A stretch of 64,000 nt of DNA from Eledone cirrhosa (lineage: Eukaryota): contig OZ024743.1 of NCBI GenBank assembly GCA_964016885.1, forward strand, positions 343,232,001 to 343,296,000, in the 5' to 3' direction. The stretch's first letter is position 1. Every line of letters starts with the position of its first letter. The notes below the pieces were generated by a model. It searched no databases. It worked only from the letters and a program-made list of their open reading frames with translations, and was not told where the DNA came from. Positions 1-12,074 of the stretch are shown here, piece after piece. Made by a program: the position numbers and the translations under genes.

Positions 1-3
1 TAG

Positions 4-180
4 TTTATTAATGGAAAATATGCCTATTCATGTCATCATTTGAAACAGTTGAACATTTGTAAAACTAATGCAGCAATGTTTAGCTGGATAAATATACATA
101 CATTACTAAGTTACCTCCCCCGGCACGCATACATGGAGGAGATAGAAAAACGTTTGGAGAGTTCCATGGGGGAATTGTAG
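4..180 (+). CDS. Possible terminal coding exon of an unidentified host gene (FINGKYAYSCHHLKQLNICKTNAAMFSWINIHTLLSYLPRHAYMEEIEKRLESSMGEL*)
   Basis: 58 open codons directly after TAG at 1-3 (possible acceptor), ending in TAG at 178-180, with AATAAA at about 190. No TE motif and no recognised homology; upstream context lies outside the window. Confidence 0.3.
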   Translation, partial: FINGKYAYSCHHLKQLNICKTNAAMFSWINIHTLLSYLPRHAYMEEIEKRLESSMGEL

Positions 181-372
181 TATATACATAATAAATTCTT
201 ATCTGTGCATACAGTGCAGGTTATATATATATATAGTAAAAATGGTGTTGATGATGATATTAAGGTAATTGTAACTATCATTCCTCACACTGACTCTCAC
301 TAGAAATCATCATATACTCTACACATGCATTAAGTCCTCACTTCTAAAGTTGACCATAGTTATATATGCATG

Positions 373-403
<31 letters not shown>

Positions 404-512
404 TATGTGTGTATATATATATGTATGTATATGTGTGTGTATGTATAACGAGAGAATCAACAGGAAGAAAAAGTAAAAGAGCATTCTATATGAAAAAAGG
501 AGTTAAGTTATT

Positions 513-694
513 TATTATGAATCGTACATGTGAAACATTTATAAAGCTACCTTAGGTTTCAAAGCTAGTCTCAGGATGCATTTGCAGGCTCTAAATACCT
601 GTTTGTCTTCGGACAGACTCCACACGTGAATAATAGCAGGCATTCACGGTCTGAAACCTAAATTAGCATTATGGTTCAAGTGTATGTTTCATAA
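513..694. mobile_element. Degenerate fold-back/MITE-like element
   Basis: Imperfect inverted arms TATTATGAA...TAGGTTTCA versus TGAAACCTA...TTCATAATA. Confidence 0.5.
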
Positions 695-817
695 TATATG
701 TGTGTGTGTATAAAGGGGGTTGTAATTGCTAACTAGGTTGTTTCAAAATATAAAGTACTCTATCTATCATGACAAAATGTATGGATGGAAGTGTTAAGAC
801 TAATTACTATATAAATA

Positions 818-1082
818 TATAATGTGGAAAGTTATATATGATATAAGGCTAAACAATGCAAAATGTACAGTAAGATAAAAGCAACAAAAAAGTTAGTTAC
901 CTGGTAATCTTTGTTTTGTTTTTGTTTTTTTTTCTGTTATTTCTTTTGAAAGAAATAACAAAATAAAAAAAACAGAGCTTACCAGATAACTAACTTTTCC
1001 ATTGCCTTAATCTTATTTTGCATTGTTCATTTTCATTTTGCATTGTTTAACCTTCTTACATATATCACTTTCCACATTATAT
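818..1082. mobile_element. Fold-back (whole-element palindrome) MITE-like element
   Basis: ATAATGTGGAAAG(T)TATATATG versus CATATATCACTTTCCACATTAT; AAAAGTTAGTTA(C)CTGGTAA versus TTACCAGATAACTAACTTTT; centre TGTTATTTCTTT-TG-AAAGAAATAACA near 947. Confidence 0.7.
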
Positions 1083-1620
1083 ATATATTACAAGTGTTTC
1101 TATTTGACTTTAAAGAAATTTCTTTAAATCTTTTACTGATGCAATAGTGATGATGAATTATTAACACTAGATCATTATTCTTGAACAACCTATGATCTAA
1201 TCTATTGAAGTCATTGGAAATGAAGTGATCATCAATGTTAATTAAATTGCCATATTATTCACTGAAGATGAGAGTATAGGATTACAATTTCAACATTTAA
1301 TATAGCTTAGGCATAAGTTTCTTGTCATTTAACATTGAACTGTAAACTGCTACTTCACTTAAATCATTCACCTGAGAGCAACATAAAGAACTTAATTTAC
1401 CTTTTTTTTTAATACTGGACACCAGCTGTAGAATCAATGTAAAATTTGAAAATTTTACTAAGAAAGGAAATTAATAAAAAGAACAAAAAAATTAAATGTT
1501 TATTGCCAAATTGAAATCTAGAATGTTCTGTTTGGTTAAAATTGTGTCACATGTACAGTGACTGGTTGGTTGCATTTATTTCTTGTAATCATTGTTAAAA
1601 GCTCATTATATAAATGAGTA

Positions 1621-1651
<31 letters not shown>

Positions 1652-2091
1652 TATAAATATATATATAAAGAGATAGAGAAATTAATGTTTATTTCCTTTG
1701 TTTTATTTTTAATTGTGCATATAAAATCTGTGTAATGTTCCTATATTAAATATTGTTAAGATGCTTAAAGAATATATCATAATGGTCGTTTTCAGTGACA
1801 TTCCAAAGACAAATTTGATACAACTCCTCACAATCTTTGTGGTTCATTTTGTTTTTTGGGGACGTGGATTCAGTCTTATTTTTGTCAAGATTTACAGAAA
1901 CTCTTAGTTTGTTGTTATTACCACAGTAAGAATATTACAAAATCAATTAAATAAATGTTTTTCCTGAGTGAATGAGAGAGAATGAGAAAGAAAGAGAAAT
2001 AATGCTGCAATAGCAGTTTTAAAGATCCTAAATTCTGCTATCCTGCACCTTCTTGGAAAATCCAACCAGTCCTATAATGCCTACAGTGCCC

Positions 2092-2421
2092 ACGTTAGCA
2101 CTGCTTGTAAATACTCAATTACTGTGGGAAAGTTAATATTTCATGCTGTAAATGACAGAAAATAAAATAAATTGTTTACCTGGTATTTGTTTTTATCAGT
2201 TTCTTCAATCCATCTTATTACTTGAAATATAGTCATCCCAATGCAAATGTGTATTATAATAGTTGAGAAAATCAGGTACAGTACTCCTTGGGTCTCCAAG
2301 AGTACATAACCCTATTTTCTCAACTATGTTATATTGATCTCATTGGGATGGCTACATTTCAAATTTATTCAATACTTCTTAAGTGAGCTGGTTGTTTTAT
2401 CTTATTTTACAAGCAGCACTG
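2092..2421. mobile_element. Fold-back MITE-like element with a long internal hairpin (2222-2361)
   Basis: Outer arms CTGCTTGTAAA/TTTACAAGCAG. Inner arms TTGAAATATAGTCATCCCAATG/CATTGGGATGGCTACATTTCAA, ATAGTTGAGAAAAT/ATTTTCTCAACTAT and CTTGG-GTCT-CCAAG. Confidence 0.65.
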
Positions 2422-2671
2422 ACAGATTTTTCTTCTATGTTATTACACAAAGTGGTGATGTACAGCTAATTAATTGTTGAAGTAGTGGTAAAATATATTT
2501 TGGAAGGGTACAGAAAGTTAGTGGCTATTAGTATATATCATCATATTTTTATGTCTATTTTTAACATGCTGGCATAGATTGAACAAGCATCTTTTTATAA
2601 GTACCTTATCTACAGCCACATGTCCTTCCAAATGCTGACTCTTTATTTTATGGTATATATTATTGAGTAAA

Positions 2672-2822
2672 GCAGTGAATTGGCAGAGTTATTAGAACTT
2701 CAAGTAAAATGCTTTGTGGTATTCATTTGAGCTATCTGTGCTCTCTTAATTCAAATCTCACCAAGGTCAACTTTGACTTTCATCCTTTTGAGATTGATAA
2801 AAAAAAATACCAATCCAGTACT
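2672..2822 (+). mobile_element. tRNA-derived SINE family A, degenerate
   Basis: A-box TGGCAGAG, B-box-like TTCAAATC and the central CTTTGACTTTCATCCTT...GATAAAA domain shared with many copies in this window. Confidence 0.7.
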
Positions 2823-3239
2823 AAGGTCATTTGTTCCTCTGTCTCTCACTTCCTCTCTGGAAGAAATCAGCTATGTTCAGACCTGGAGAGGGGATGGGCT
2901 GCACTAGGTTTAAATGCCCAAAACACGTGTTGCTTGGGCACCCTTGTGATTGCATCAAGAGTTACAGATCCACACATACATAAATGTATCACTGACATTC
3001 ATCAAACCACTTTACTGCAAGTGATATTTTTAGTGAGGAGTGCATAAATATCACCACTTGATTTTAAATGGTGTCATTATCAACCTTGTTTGATGTCTGT
3101 TTTTCTATGCTAGTATTTGTCAGATGAGACTTTTTTGAGAGAGTGCTGTTTAAGCTGGATAGTAGTTGTTGAACAGACCTTTCTGAGGAAGACGGCGTGA
3201 TAGTTCAGGGATTTCGAGACTTATAATTGGTAAAGACAT

Positions 3240-3590
3240 AACCACTACCTGTTAGTCAATATATCGATCTACCATGATCAATCAACCCTCTGAAACTTGA
3301 GCCCTCTGCACCCTTTTAAACAGCTCTCATACTTCATACGCATCACACTGCATCTGACTCCTCTTATACCTGGTTTTTCTCTCAGTTCATTTATGCTTTG
3401 CCATTTATGTATATTACTATTACACATCCATTGAAGCATAGAAGCTTCATTTCTTTCCAATCTTCATTGGTCCTTTGTACACAGCACCCAGGTCTCACTA
3501 CCATGCAATATTGTTGTCCATATACATGCATTATACAATCTGCCGTTCATTTTGAGGGAAAAACCTTTTGTGGCCTATAGCTAATGCAAA
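3240..3590 (-). mobile_element. RTE LINE C-terminal fragment, decayed
   Basis: Translation ERNEASMLQWMCN...INELREK matches the RTE copies at 36, 42 and 60 kb. Confidence 0.8.
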
Positions 3591-3811
3591 GAGCCAAACT
3601 AAATACAATACATTTCATGTAATGCTCTGTTCTGCCAAATTTCCACTTTATATTGACATGCATGCATAGTCCCGTAACTCCTATGGGCACCGTATTGACA
3701 TACGGCATTTCTATGGCATTTTTTAAAACCTGACAAAGCCCAATCCTCTCCAAGCTTGAATACAGAAAATTTCTTCCAGAGAATGGAACTGAAAGATATA
3801 GAGGAAGAATT

Positions 3812-3930
3812 GACTCCAGTACTTTTTTTTTATCAACCTTGGCAGGATTTGAACTCAGAGAACAGAAAGCCAAAACAAATACCACAAAGCATTCTATCCA
3901 ATGTTCTGATGACTCTGCCAATTCACCACC
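3812..3930 (-). mobile_element. SINE family A, degenerate
   Basis: GGATTTGAACTCAG (reverse B-box) and CTCTGCCAATTCACCACC (reverse head). Confidence 0.65.
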
Positions 3931-4134
3931 TATATTGACATACTATTTCTTAATTTTGAAGTTGCAGCATGGTTAACATAACACCAATTTTGTTTACATA
4001 TTACCAAGAACATGTCTAACTTCATGGGAATCATTCAAAACAAATATAATAATGTTTGTACACGTGTGCAATATATGAGCAGTGCACATGTGTGCAGTTT
4101 ATTGGGAACAGATTTATACTATAGTAACATGTCT

Positions 4135-4435
4135 TCATAATTTTATGCTTGCTTTCCACGCTGTCATGAGTTGGATGCATTTTCACAGCCCGAGATGGGA
4201 CAAGTCAGAGCAACCTGTCTTGCTCATATGTTCCATACTTGGCATGATTTTTATGACTGGATACCATTCCTAACACCACCCACTTTACTGTTTGCACTGG
4301 GTGTGTTTTTTTTGTGTGACACAATCACTACCACTTTACAGAATGTATGGGGCATACTTTTTTGTAGCACTGACACTAACATTTTACAGAGTGTAGTAAA
4401 TGCATTTTGTCATGATACTAGCACTAGAGGTTTCC
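4135..4435 (-). mobile_element. RTE 3'UTR remnant
   Basis: CTGGATACCATTCCTAACACCA and repeated ACTTTACAG modules, as in the RTE 3'UTRs elsewhere in the window. Confidence 0.6.
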
Positions 4436-4789
4436 ACATACTCATCCAGAATTAAAGGACCTCTCAAACCCTATATTGTCTCCATTAGATTTCCAACACT
4501 GTAGTCACTGTTTTATCGTTACATTTACTTTTTCTGTTGCAGTACTTATAGAATTCGGTAGGTCTTTTGTAATATGACATATCACCAGTCAGATCGGTCC
4601 TGTGTCATCATCTACTTTGTAAGATTGTTTCTGGAAGCCATTCTTGACAGCTTTGCCTCATGTCTCCCTCTTCCACAGAATCCATCCACTTTAAGCACTC
4701 AGCATACAGAAATATGTAACGCTCTTGCATATAAATATTACAGGATGGACCAAAATTAGCATACTGATTACAAATAAACATATTTAAGG

Positions 4790-4950
4790 GGAGGGGAAAG
4801 TCGATTATATCAACCCCAGTGTGTGACTGCTTTATTTTATCAACTCTGTAAGGATGAAAGGCAAAACTAACCTCATGACGCAAAGGGCCGTAACTCTATG
4901 CCACGAAGCAGGATGTCTGATATTCTATCAATACTGCCAATCCACCACCC
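4790..4950 (-). mobile_element. SINE family A
   Basis: AAGGATGAAAGGCAAAACTAACCTC...ATACTGCCAATCCACCACC. Confidence 0.75.
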
Positions 4951-5089
4951 TAATAAAGATAATAATGACATCATTTTTAACATAACTATATATCTAACTA
5001 AATAAATTTACATGAATTATCTGTGTATTACTTGTGGAATAAAGTTTAATGTCATGATGGGTTTTTTTCAGTCACATTTCTTAAAAGTA

Positions 5090-5312
5090 AGCTTCTTCTC
5101 TTCTTCCTTGCCCACTTATTCCCGAGAGGGTCGTGGGGGCAGAGTCATCAAACATTCCTTCCACAGAGTCCTGTCAGAAGCAACCATCTCCAACTGATCC
5201 GGCTGGATCCTCAAACAAGACCTGCCAAGCTCATGGATGTTATCCAACCATCTTGCTCGGGGTCTACTGTTGGGTTTCCTGCCAGTTGGTTTTGCCTGTA
5301 AAATCTGTCCAA
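5090..5312 (-). mobile_element. 3' end of a second RTE-group LINE (Rex3/RTE-like C-terminus)
   Basis: Minus-strand translation PTGRKPNSRPRARWLDNI...DRTLWKECLMTLPPRPSRE* followed by a GAA-rich tail; a paralogue lies at 55415-55670. Confidence 0.7.
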
Positions 5313-5339
5313 TAAAAGTAAGCTACTAAGCTAATTATG

Positions 5340-5490
5340 GCCCAGTCTGTATATGTAGCTATGTAGTTAAAATGTTTACTCCACCCTCATGCGGTTCTGG
5401 GTTCAATCCCACTACACAGAAACCTTGGATAAGCGTTTTCTACTATGTAACTTCAGATCAACCTAAGAATTGTGAGAGAAACAAAATCCA
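5340..5490 (+). mobile_element. CORE-type tRNA SINE (family C), degenerate
   Basis: GGGTTCAATCCCACTA B-box and CCTTGGATAAGCGTTTTCTACTATG, similar to 52765-52925. Confidence 0.5.
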
Positions 5491-6534
5491 AGTCAGATAT
5501 ATTGAACTTAATATGCCTAATCACTCTCAGAGACCCAGTGTGAGTTGTGGGTGTAACCCTTCCTTTTTCAATTATTTCCCCACCCTAGATCTGAAGACTT
5601 TTTTTTCATGGATACATTTATATATGTAGATAGATAGATATGTGTGTGCGAGTGCTAAGAAATATGCTGAATGACCATAAAAAATGTCCAGTTGGTGGTA
5701 CATAAGTTTAAAGTGGACTGTGCTATTGTTCAAAACATCTTGGGCATTATACACAGCTTGTAATGAGAACCAGAGTTCAGATTATTTGAAGCAACCAGGA
5801 CAGAGTTTGAAAGAAATATAGGAGCATCTTCCCCAGACCCACCAGAGAGAAGTAGGTGGAACTCAGCATGAAAAACTAATGAGCAACTGGTTCAATCCTA
5901 CTGTACGACTTGATTACAACAAAGAGTCATTGCTACCCTGTGATACCTATTTACAATTCAAGGGACTGAACAATTTAAGAGTTGCTACATTTAATAGCAT
6001 CAATCAATATCTATCATTTCAAATGAAACAATAGAATACAGAAAAATAAGTGCACATACACAAACCATATTAAAATAATGTCATGAGGGAGATAAAATAA
6101 AAGCTGCTCAAGCATTTCTATCATTGGCCTTTTGCTGAATTGCGATGACTTTTGCATTCAGTTCTTTCATGACCATTCTTTGGAATGTGGTCTTCGGCCT
6201 TTGTCTTTTGCAGTGACCTCCTGGTAGTTGATGTAGCAGAAGACACTCAGCATATAAGACTAAAAAAATATCATCTGGATTTTATATGTGAAGTTGAACC
6301 TCATGTTTTAATATTGGAATACTGAACTACTTAGCTAATATATAATCTTAAACTATATTAGATTACTCATTGATCCCATAGCTCTAAATAGAGTTACAGA
6401 ACGTTGTTATATAGTATATCTTGGGCATTTTAAACCTAACAGTGCCCAACTCTCTCCAGATTTGACCACAGCAGATTTCTTCCAGAAAAAGAAGGAGAGA
6501 GAGAGACAGGTAGAAAGCAAGAGTGAAAAAGAAT

Positions 6535-6688
6535 AAACCCCAGTACTGGACTGGTACTTTATTTATTGAACCCAAAAGAATGAAAGACTAAGTTGGTCTT
6601 AACAGGATCTGACCTCAGAGCACAGGGTCTGGAATAAATACTACAAATTATTCTATCTGATGCTTTATAGATTACCAATTTGCTGCCT
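6535..6688 (-). mobile_element. SINE family A, degenerate
   Basis: CCCCAGTACTGGACTGGTACTTATTTATTGAACCCAAAAGAATGAAAG. Confidence 0.65.
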
Positions 6689-6736
6689 ACAGTAACATTA
6701 GCTGTTTACCTGTAATTCCACAAAAATAATTTTTCT

Positions 6737-7148
6737 TAATCTCTTCAGTGCTGTAGACAAGATAACTCATCCTAACATGTATGCATTCCAGTGCCATGGA
6801 CAAGATAACTCATCCTAACATGTATGCATTCCAGTGCCATGGACAAGATAACTCATCCTAACATGTATGCATTCCAGTGCCATGGACAAGATAACTCATC
6901 CTAACATGTATGCATTCCAGTGCCATGGACAAGATAACTCATCTAACAATTTTGAACTTGTTTCCTAACTTTGAAGTTCATAACTTCAAAGTTATGAACT
7001 TGTTTCCAACAGTTCATAACTTCAAAGCTAGATGGGTTACTAGTTTATTGAAATGATATTCGTCAATCAAAATAGTCATTTTACTGAAAAAAAAAAACTG
7101 GCACAGCAACTGTAGCTGTGTAAAATATATGCGGCAGTCAACAGGTTA
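6737..7148. mobile_element. TTAA-flanked piggyBac-like MITE carrying a tandem repeat
   Basis: TTAA-TCTCTTCAGTGC...GGCAGTCAACAGG-TTAA, degenerate termini. Confidence 0.45.
6756..6948 (+). repeat. 43-bp perfect tandem minisatellite, about 4.5 copies
   Basis: GACAAGATAACTCATCCTAACATGTATGCATTCCAGTGCCATG starts at 6756, 6799, 6842 and 6885, with a partial copy at 6928. Confidence 0.95.
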
Positions 7149-7513
7149 ATATTCCCTGCTGAAATGAGGGAGTTTTTCAAATACAGTAAGTATACTGCCT
7201 ACAGATACAATGCAGTAGTGATGGTGATCTTTTACATTGGCTCTCTAACACCCTCTACATTTGTCAAAACCCATTCACTCATATAAAACAAACTTCATAA
7301 GAATTAATGTTCTTGTTTGATTCTTATTTCCCTCTTGAAAGCATTTTATTTCAGTGGGTGACTACAATTTGAACCAGTGATCTTACAATTGATAACAAAA
7401 TGTTTGTTGTTTTATCAGCATGGTGCCTTAATTATAAAAGTCATCATACACAATTTAGAATTTTGTTTGTTTTTAATCATCTTTTAATAGCTTTTGACAT
7501 TATTGCTTCTATA

Positions 7514-7592
7514 CAGGGTGTCTCAAAGATTACTATCTATTTTGGTATTCTTATTGCTATTCAAATTAGACAATGACTTTTGAGACACCCTG
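7514..7592. mobile_element. 79-bp Tc1/mariner-derived MITE
   Basis: TIR CAGGGTGTCTCAAA/TTTGAGACACCCTG with TA on both sides. Confidence 0.85.
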
Positions 7593-7669
7593 TATAATAA
7601 TAATAAAAATAATTGCTAAATAATAGGTGCTCTGGGAATGTTAAAACACACACACACATGCAGATACAT

Positions 7670-7865
7670 AACAAAACCCCAGGACTTACAAGTATATACA
7701 ACATACAGAAAATACTACTACTCTGCACTGTACACATATTACGAAGAGTACTTTCAATAGAATAAAAACAGCACCAGCAAAACCAATGCTGCATATACCC
7801 AAGATGCACAGAGCTGTGCTCCATAATGCAATGACAGCACAATCAAAATAAGACTAATAATGATG
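7670..7865 (+). mobile_element. R4/Dong-clade LINE 3' end
   Basis: PGLTSIYNIQKILLLCTVHILRRVLSIE* resembles the R4/Dong C-terminal QKxxLLGTxxILRxVL motif; TAA-type tail. Confidence 0.6.
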
Positions 7866-8089
7866 GTTTCGAGTTCAGCACAAGGCCAGAAATTATATAA
7901 ACCACAATCTTTGACAAGTACTTTATTTATTGACTCTGGAAGGATGAAAGGTGTTGTTGACCTCAGTGAGATTTGAACTTGGAACATAAAGAGCTGTAAC
8001 TAAATACTGTAAAATAATATACACTTCATGTCATGGCAACACCGTTATGACAGCATCAGTGGTTGATAGCTTCTGCTATCTAGGTGACT

Positions 8090-8645
8090 TAATTAGCAAC
8101 AGAGGAGATGCTCTGAGAGCATAATAGCTAGAATAAGCATAAGATGGAAAAAGTTTAAAGAGCTACTCCCACTGATGTCAACAAAAGGTTTCTCCCTACA
8201 TACAAAAAGACGACTGTGTGTGAAGTGTGATGCTGTGTGGTAGTGAAACATGAGCAGTGACTGCAGAGGACGTGTAGACTGGAGAGAAATGAAGCAACTA
8301 TGCTTCATTGGATGTGCAATATAAGTGTGAGAGAAAAGCAGAGCGTGCACGAGTTGAAGGAGAAGGTGGGTTTAAGAGGAATCAGAGAAGACTGCGTTGT
8401 TATGGAGATGTGATGCACATGAACAATGATCACTGGGTGAAGAAGTGCTGAGAAATGCCAATGGAAAGAAGCTGCAGTAGAGATAGACCAAGAACGACCT
8501 GGGCAGAGGTTATGAGAGCTGACCTCAAATCGCTGAGATTCACAGAGGAGATGTCAAAGGCATGCAATGAGTGAAAAATGCAGAGCTGAGAAGGACCCAT
8601 CCAACCCATGTATGGAAAAACAGACATGAAAACAATGTTGATGAT
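8090..8645 (+). mobile_element. RTE LINE 3' fragment, decayed
   Basis: WKKFKELLPLMSTKGFSL, LERNEATMLHWMCN and RPRTTWAEV motifs; (GAT)n-like tail. Confidence 0.8.
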
Positions 8646-9631
8646 AGCAACACCAAATGGCAGCTTTAAAGAAATTAGTTGAAAAGCTAAGGAATTACAC
8701 AAACCTAGCTGTTGAATTAAAGATACTATGGCAGTTAAGGAATGTATCTATCCTCATATGTATAATTGGCACAACCATTTCTGTCAGGGCATTGAGAAAT
8801 AGCCTATCAGGATAGGCATAAGCACATTCCAGAAAACAAATATATTACAATCTATAAACTATGTTAAGGAATTCTTATGTGACATTTGTTAACCTTAAAA
8901 ATTAACCCGGAACATTCTTGTTAACCTCTTTGTTAACCAAGGATACTCCTAAGCACATTACCCATTGAACATTTTTGTTAACCTTGGATATTCTTGTTAT
9001 ATTTGATCATTTTTGTTAACTTTAAAAACTAGACACTACCCATGTGTTTTAATTAATTTTGAAAATAATCAAATATTTGGAGGAATTTAATAAAATAGTT
9101 AATGTTTTATTAGTAAGCTGAGATTACTTAATAAAAATGTTCTTAAATATAGTTATGATGAAAGGATTTTATATAAGGACAAACATTTTAAAATAAGCAG
9201 TTTTGCATCATAAATTCAGAGTAGCTTCAGGCAGTTTGGTATAAATAGGATTAATGCAATATATGCTACCTAACTCTTGTTCTAAGAAAGGAAATTCTTG
9301 ATGTATTTCTCAAACCATGAATAATAAAAATATTAATGATGACAGTAACAACAACAACATAGGCACACTTTATAATCAATTAAATCCCATCCCTTACACA
9401 CCAAGCCTTCACTAGAACTCCATTTAATAGACTCTACAAACATTATAAAGCAATGTTGGCCTCAGTGGGAGCTAAATGCAGAATGTAAAGAAGCCTAACT
9501 AAACATCACCGGACATTTTGTCTATCACTCTTTTGATTCTACTTTAGTAATAACAATAACAATAATGGTTTTTAACATTGGCACATGATTACAAATTTAT
9601 AGAGAAGAGCAACAGTTCCCTAACCCTTTAA

Positions 9632-9841
9632 CCCTTTAGCATTTAAACTAGCCATATCTAGCCAGAATTCTCTCACCTCTTTCTGTTCAAACCGACTGTA
9701 ACTGCCTGCTCATACTGATGTTAAGTTATTGTTCTCAAAATAAACAATATCAAAATCTCATAGATTCAATATTGTGTGAGCTAATTATGTGAAATTAAGT
9801 GTTTACCATGAAAATATAATAGTAAATATAAAGTAATGTAA
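9632..9841 (+). mobile_element. piggyBac-like MITE, right end lost
   Basis: TTAA-CCCTTTAGCATTT start; body matches 10389-10593. Confidence 0.75.
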
Positions 9842-9999
9842 TATATACCTTTTATTTAACTTTCTAAACTTGATGAAATGAACTACAAAGTTAATCCCAC
9901 TGATGTTTAAATTCAGAATGTAAAAGAACAGGACATATTACTATATAACTGCTGCTCTGCCAATTCTATCAATAATAATACTAATAATAATCCACACAT

Positions 10000-10152
10000 A
10001 ATTGCTTCTACTTTTGGCACAAGGCCAGCAATTACCCAGTGCATTACTGGTACTTTATTTTATCGACCCCGTAAGGATGAAAAGCAAAGTTAACCTCGGT
10101 GGGATTTGAACTCAGAATGGCAAGGGCCGTAAATCTATGCATCAAAGCATGG
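10000..10152 (-). mobile_element. SINE family A
   Basis: TTTTATCGACCCCGTAAGGATGAAAAGCAAAGTTAACCTCGGTGGGATTTGAACTCAG. Confidence 0.85.
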
Positions 10153-10388
10153 CGTCCGACCCTCTACCGATGCAATGTGTATTTACTTTCTGTTGTGTAG
10201 ACATGAAGGAGACTGACAAATGACAAATAGAGAGTCAGCAAGTGACAATAGAAGTAAAAAGAAAGTGAGTGGAAAGATTATGTGATTATCACACTGCCCT
10301 GAGTAGCAAACAATGAAAGAGTGAGTAAGAGAGAAAGAAGTAAATTAAGAATAAGCTGGAGTAAAAAGTAAGCTCCGTATTGCTTTAA

Positions 10389-10593
10389 CCCTTTAGTATT
10401 TAAACCGGCCGTATTCAGACAGAATTCTCTCACTTCTTTCTGTTCAAACCGGCTGTACTGACCACTCATACTGATGTTAAGGTATTGTTCTCAAAATAAA
10501 TAATATCAAAATCTCGTAGATTCGATATTATGAGATAAAGCCTTTACCATGAAAATACAATAGTAAATATAGAGTAATGTAAATGCTAAAGGG
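10389..10593 (+). mobile_element. Complete piggyBac-like MITE
   Basis: TIR CCCTTTAG(T)ATTT/AAATGCTAAAGGG with a TTAA target-site duplication on both sides. Confidence 0.9.
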
Positions 10594-10859
10594 TTAAACA
10601 GGTCAAGAAATAGAAACAACCTAAATGTAGGATGAAAAACAATAAAATCTTTATGGAACTTAGTTTTACTATGAATATTGCAATAAAAGAACTTCTGGAA
10701 TAATGATAATTACATGTTAAAAAATGTTTCAATGTTTTGTAATATTTTTATAAATATAATATAACCATTTTTAATTACATTTTTAACACTATCATTAAAC
10801 AATTCATTGGATCAGTAAAAAATGTTATAAGTAAAAAAGCTTTCGGTTTTTTTTTATAG

Positions 10860-10946
10860 AACAAGGGGCTGTGGGTAGCACGCACTATCACATTTACAAA
10901 CTACTGGTAATATTTTACTATTAAATACAAAGTGTGAAATCTTTAG
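10860..10946 (+). other. Possible host exon
   Basis: Polypyrimidine tract plus TAG acceptor at 10859; donors CTG|GTAATA (10906) or TAG|GTAAGA (10946). Reads NKGLWVARTITFTNYW* or QGAVGSTHYHIYKLL; no recognised homology. Confidence 0.3.
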
Positions 10947-10984
10947 GTAAGAAATATATCAATAGTTCCACCCATCATTATGAG

Positions 10985-11156
10985 CAGATGCACCATTCTC
11001 CAGATTCCCGCCTTATCTCCCCGTTTTGGCTCATTTCTCCCTATCTCCCCATTTTTGTGAAAATGAGTATAGCTTTCATTATGTAAAATCTCCCCATTTT
11101 GGGGCACTTTTTTTCGTGGGACTCCATGTTTGGATTTTTAGAGGTTGGCTGGTCTG
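10985..11156. mobile_element. Possible hAT-derived MITE
   Basis: CAGA...GGTCTG ends and internal ATCTCCC subterminal repeats; no clear 8-bp TSD. Confidence 0.35.
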
Positions 11157-11892
11157 ATTCTCTCAAGATAAATAGCAGATGTGCTGTTCTCTAATGATAA
11201 ATGAAACTCACATCGCGTTTGATGACACAAGTACACTAGTAATAATAATGGTAATAATAATTTTCACAATCATAATAGCAAATCACAGAGTGATTTCAAG
11301 GCACATTCTAAAAAAAATGTTTAAACTGTAAAACACAATATAATTGTTTCAGTTAAGCAATAGGACTAAGATGTTTAATGTTAAGCAGCCATGCTTTTCC
11401 AAGAATGCTAATGTTGTCAGTGAAGTGAAGTGATATAGCTACAAATGGGAATTGAAAGTAGGTCACTAACTCAGTTTTGCCATGAATTTACCAATTTATC
11501 AATGCCAAACAAGGGACTTTTCAGTCGTGTCAAGAACCCAACAAACTCTCTAGTGCTGGTGCTACAATAAAACACACCCAGTGCACTCTGTGAAATGATT
11601 GACATCTGAGAAGTCAGTAGCTCCAATTAAGTAGTGTATTGGTTTATAATAAGCCATCTAAACAATGCCAACATGGGAAAGTGGGTGTTAAATGATGATG
11701 ATGACTATGGTACTCATCACCTACTGTCCTGTACTATTAGCAACTGAAAATTATAAAGAAATAAGTAAATGGAAAAAATACAAATTTGGCAAATTTTCTT
11801 TATCATAATATAATAAAGGGAGGAGTGTGGGACTGTGTCCTAAATATATTTTGTTATCCCATTAGTAAAATAAGTTCGATTACTTTGAATAA

Positions 11893-12070
11893 ATAATTGT
11901 TTCTACTTTTGGCACAAGGCTAGCAATTATCCCAGTGTATTACTGGTACTTTATTTTATCGACCCCGTAAGGATGAAAGGCAAAGTTAACCTCGGTGGGA
12001 TTTGAACTCAGAATGGCAAGCGCCATAACTCTATGCATCAAAGCATGGCGTTCGACCCTCTACCGATACT
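11893..12070 (-). mobile_element. SINE family A
   Basis: Near-identical to 10000-10152. Confidence 0.85.
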
Positions 12071-12074
12071 ATGT

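Noticed and set aside
6756-6948. CRISPR-like array
   Set aside because: Identical head-to-tail units with no spacers, eukaryotic context and no cas genes.
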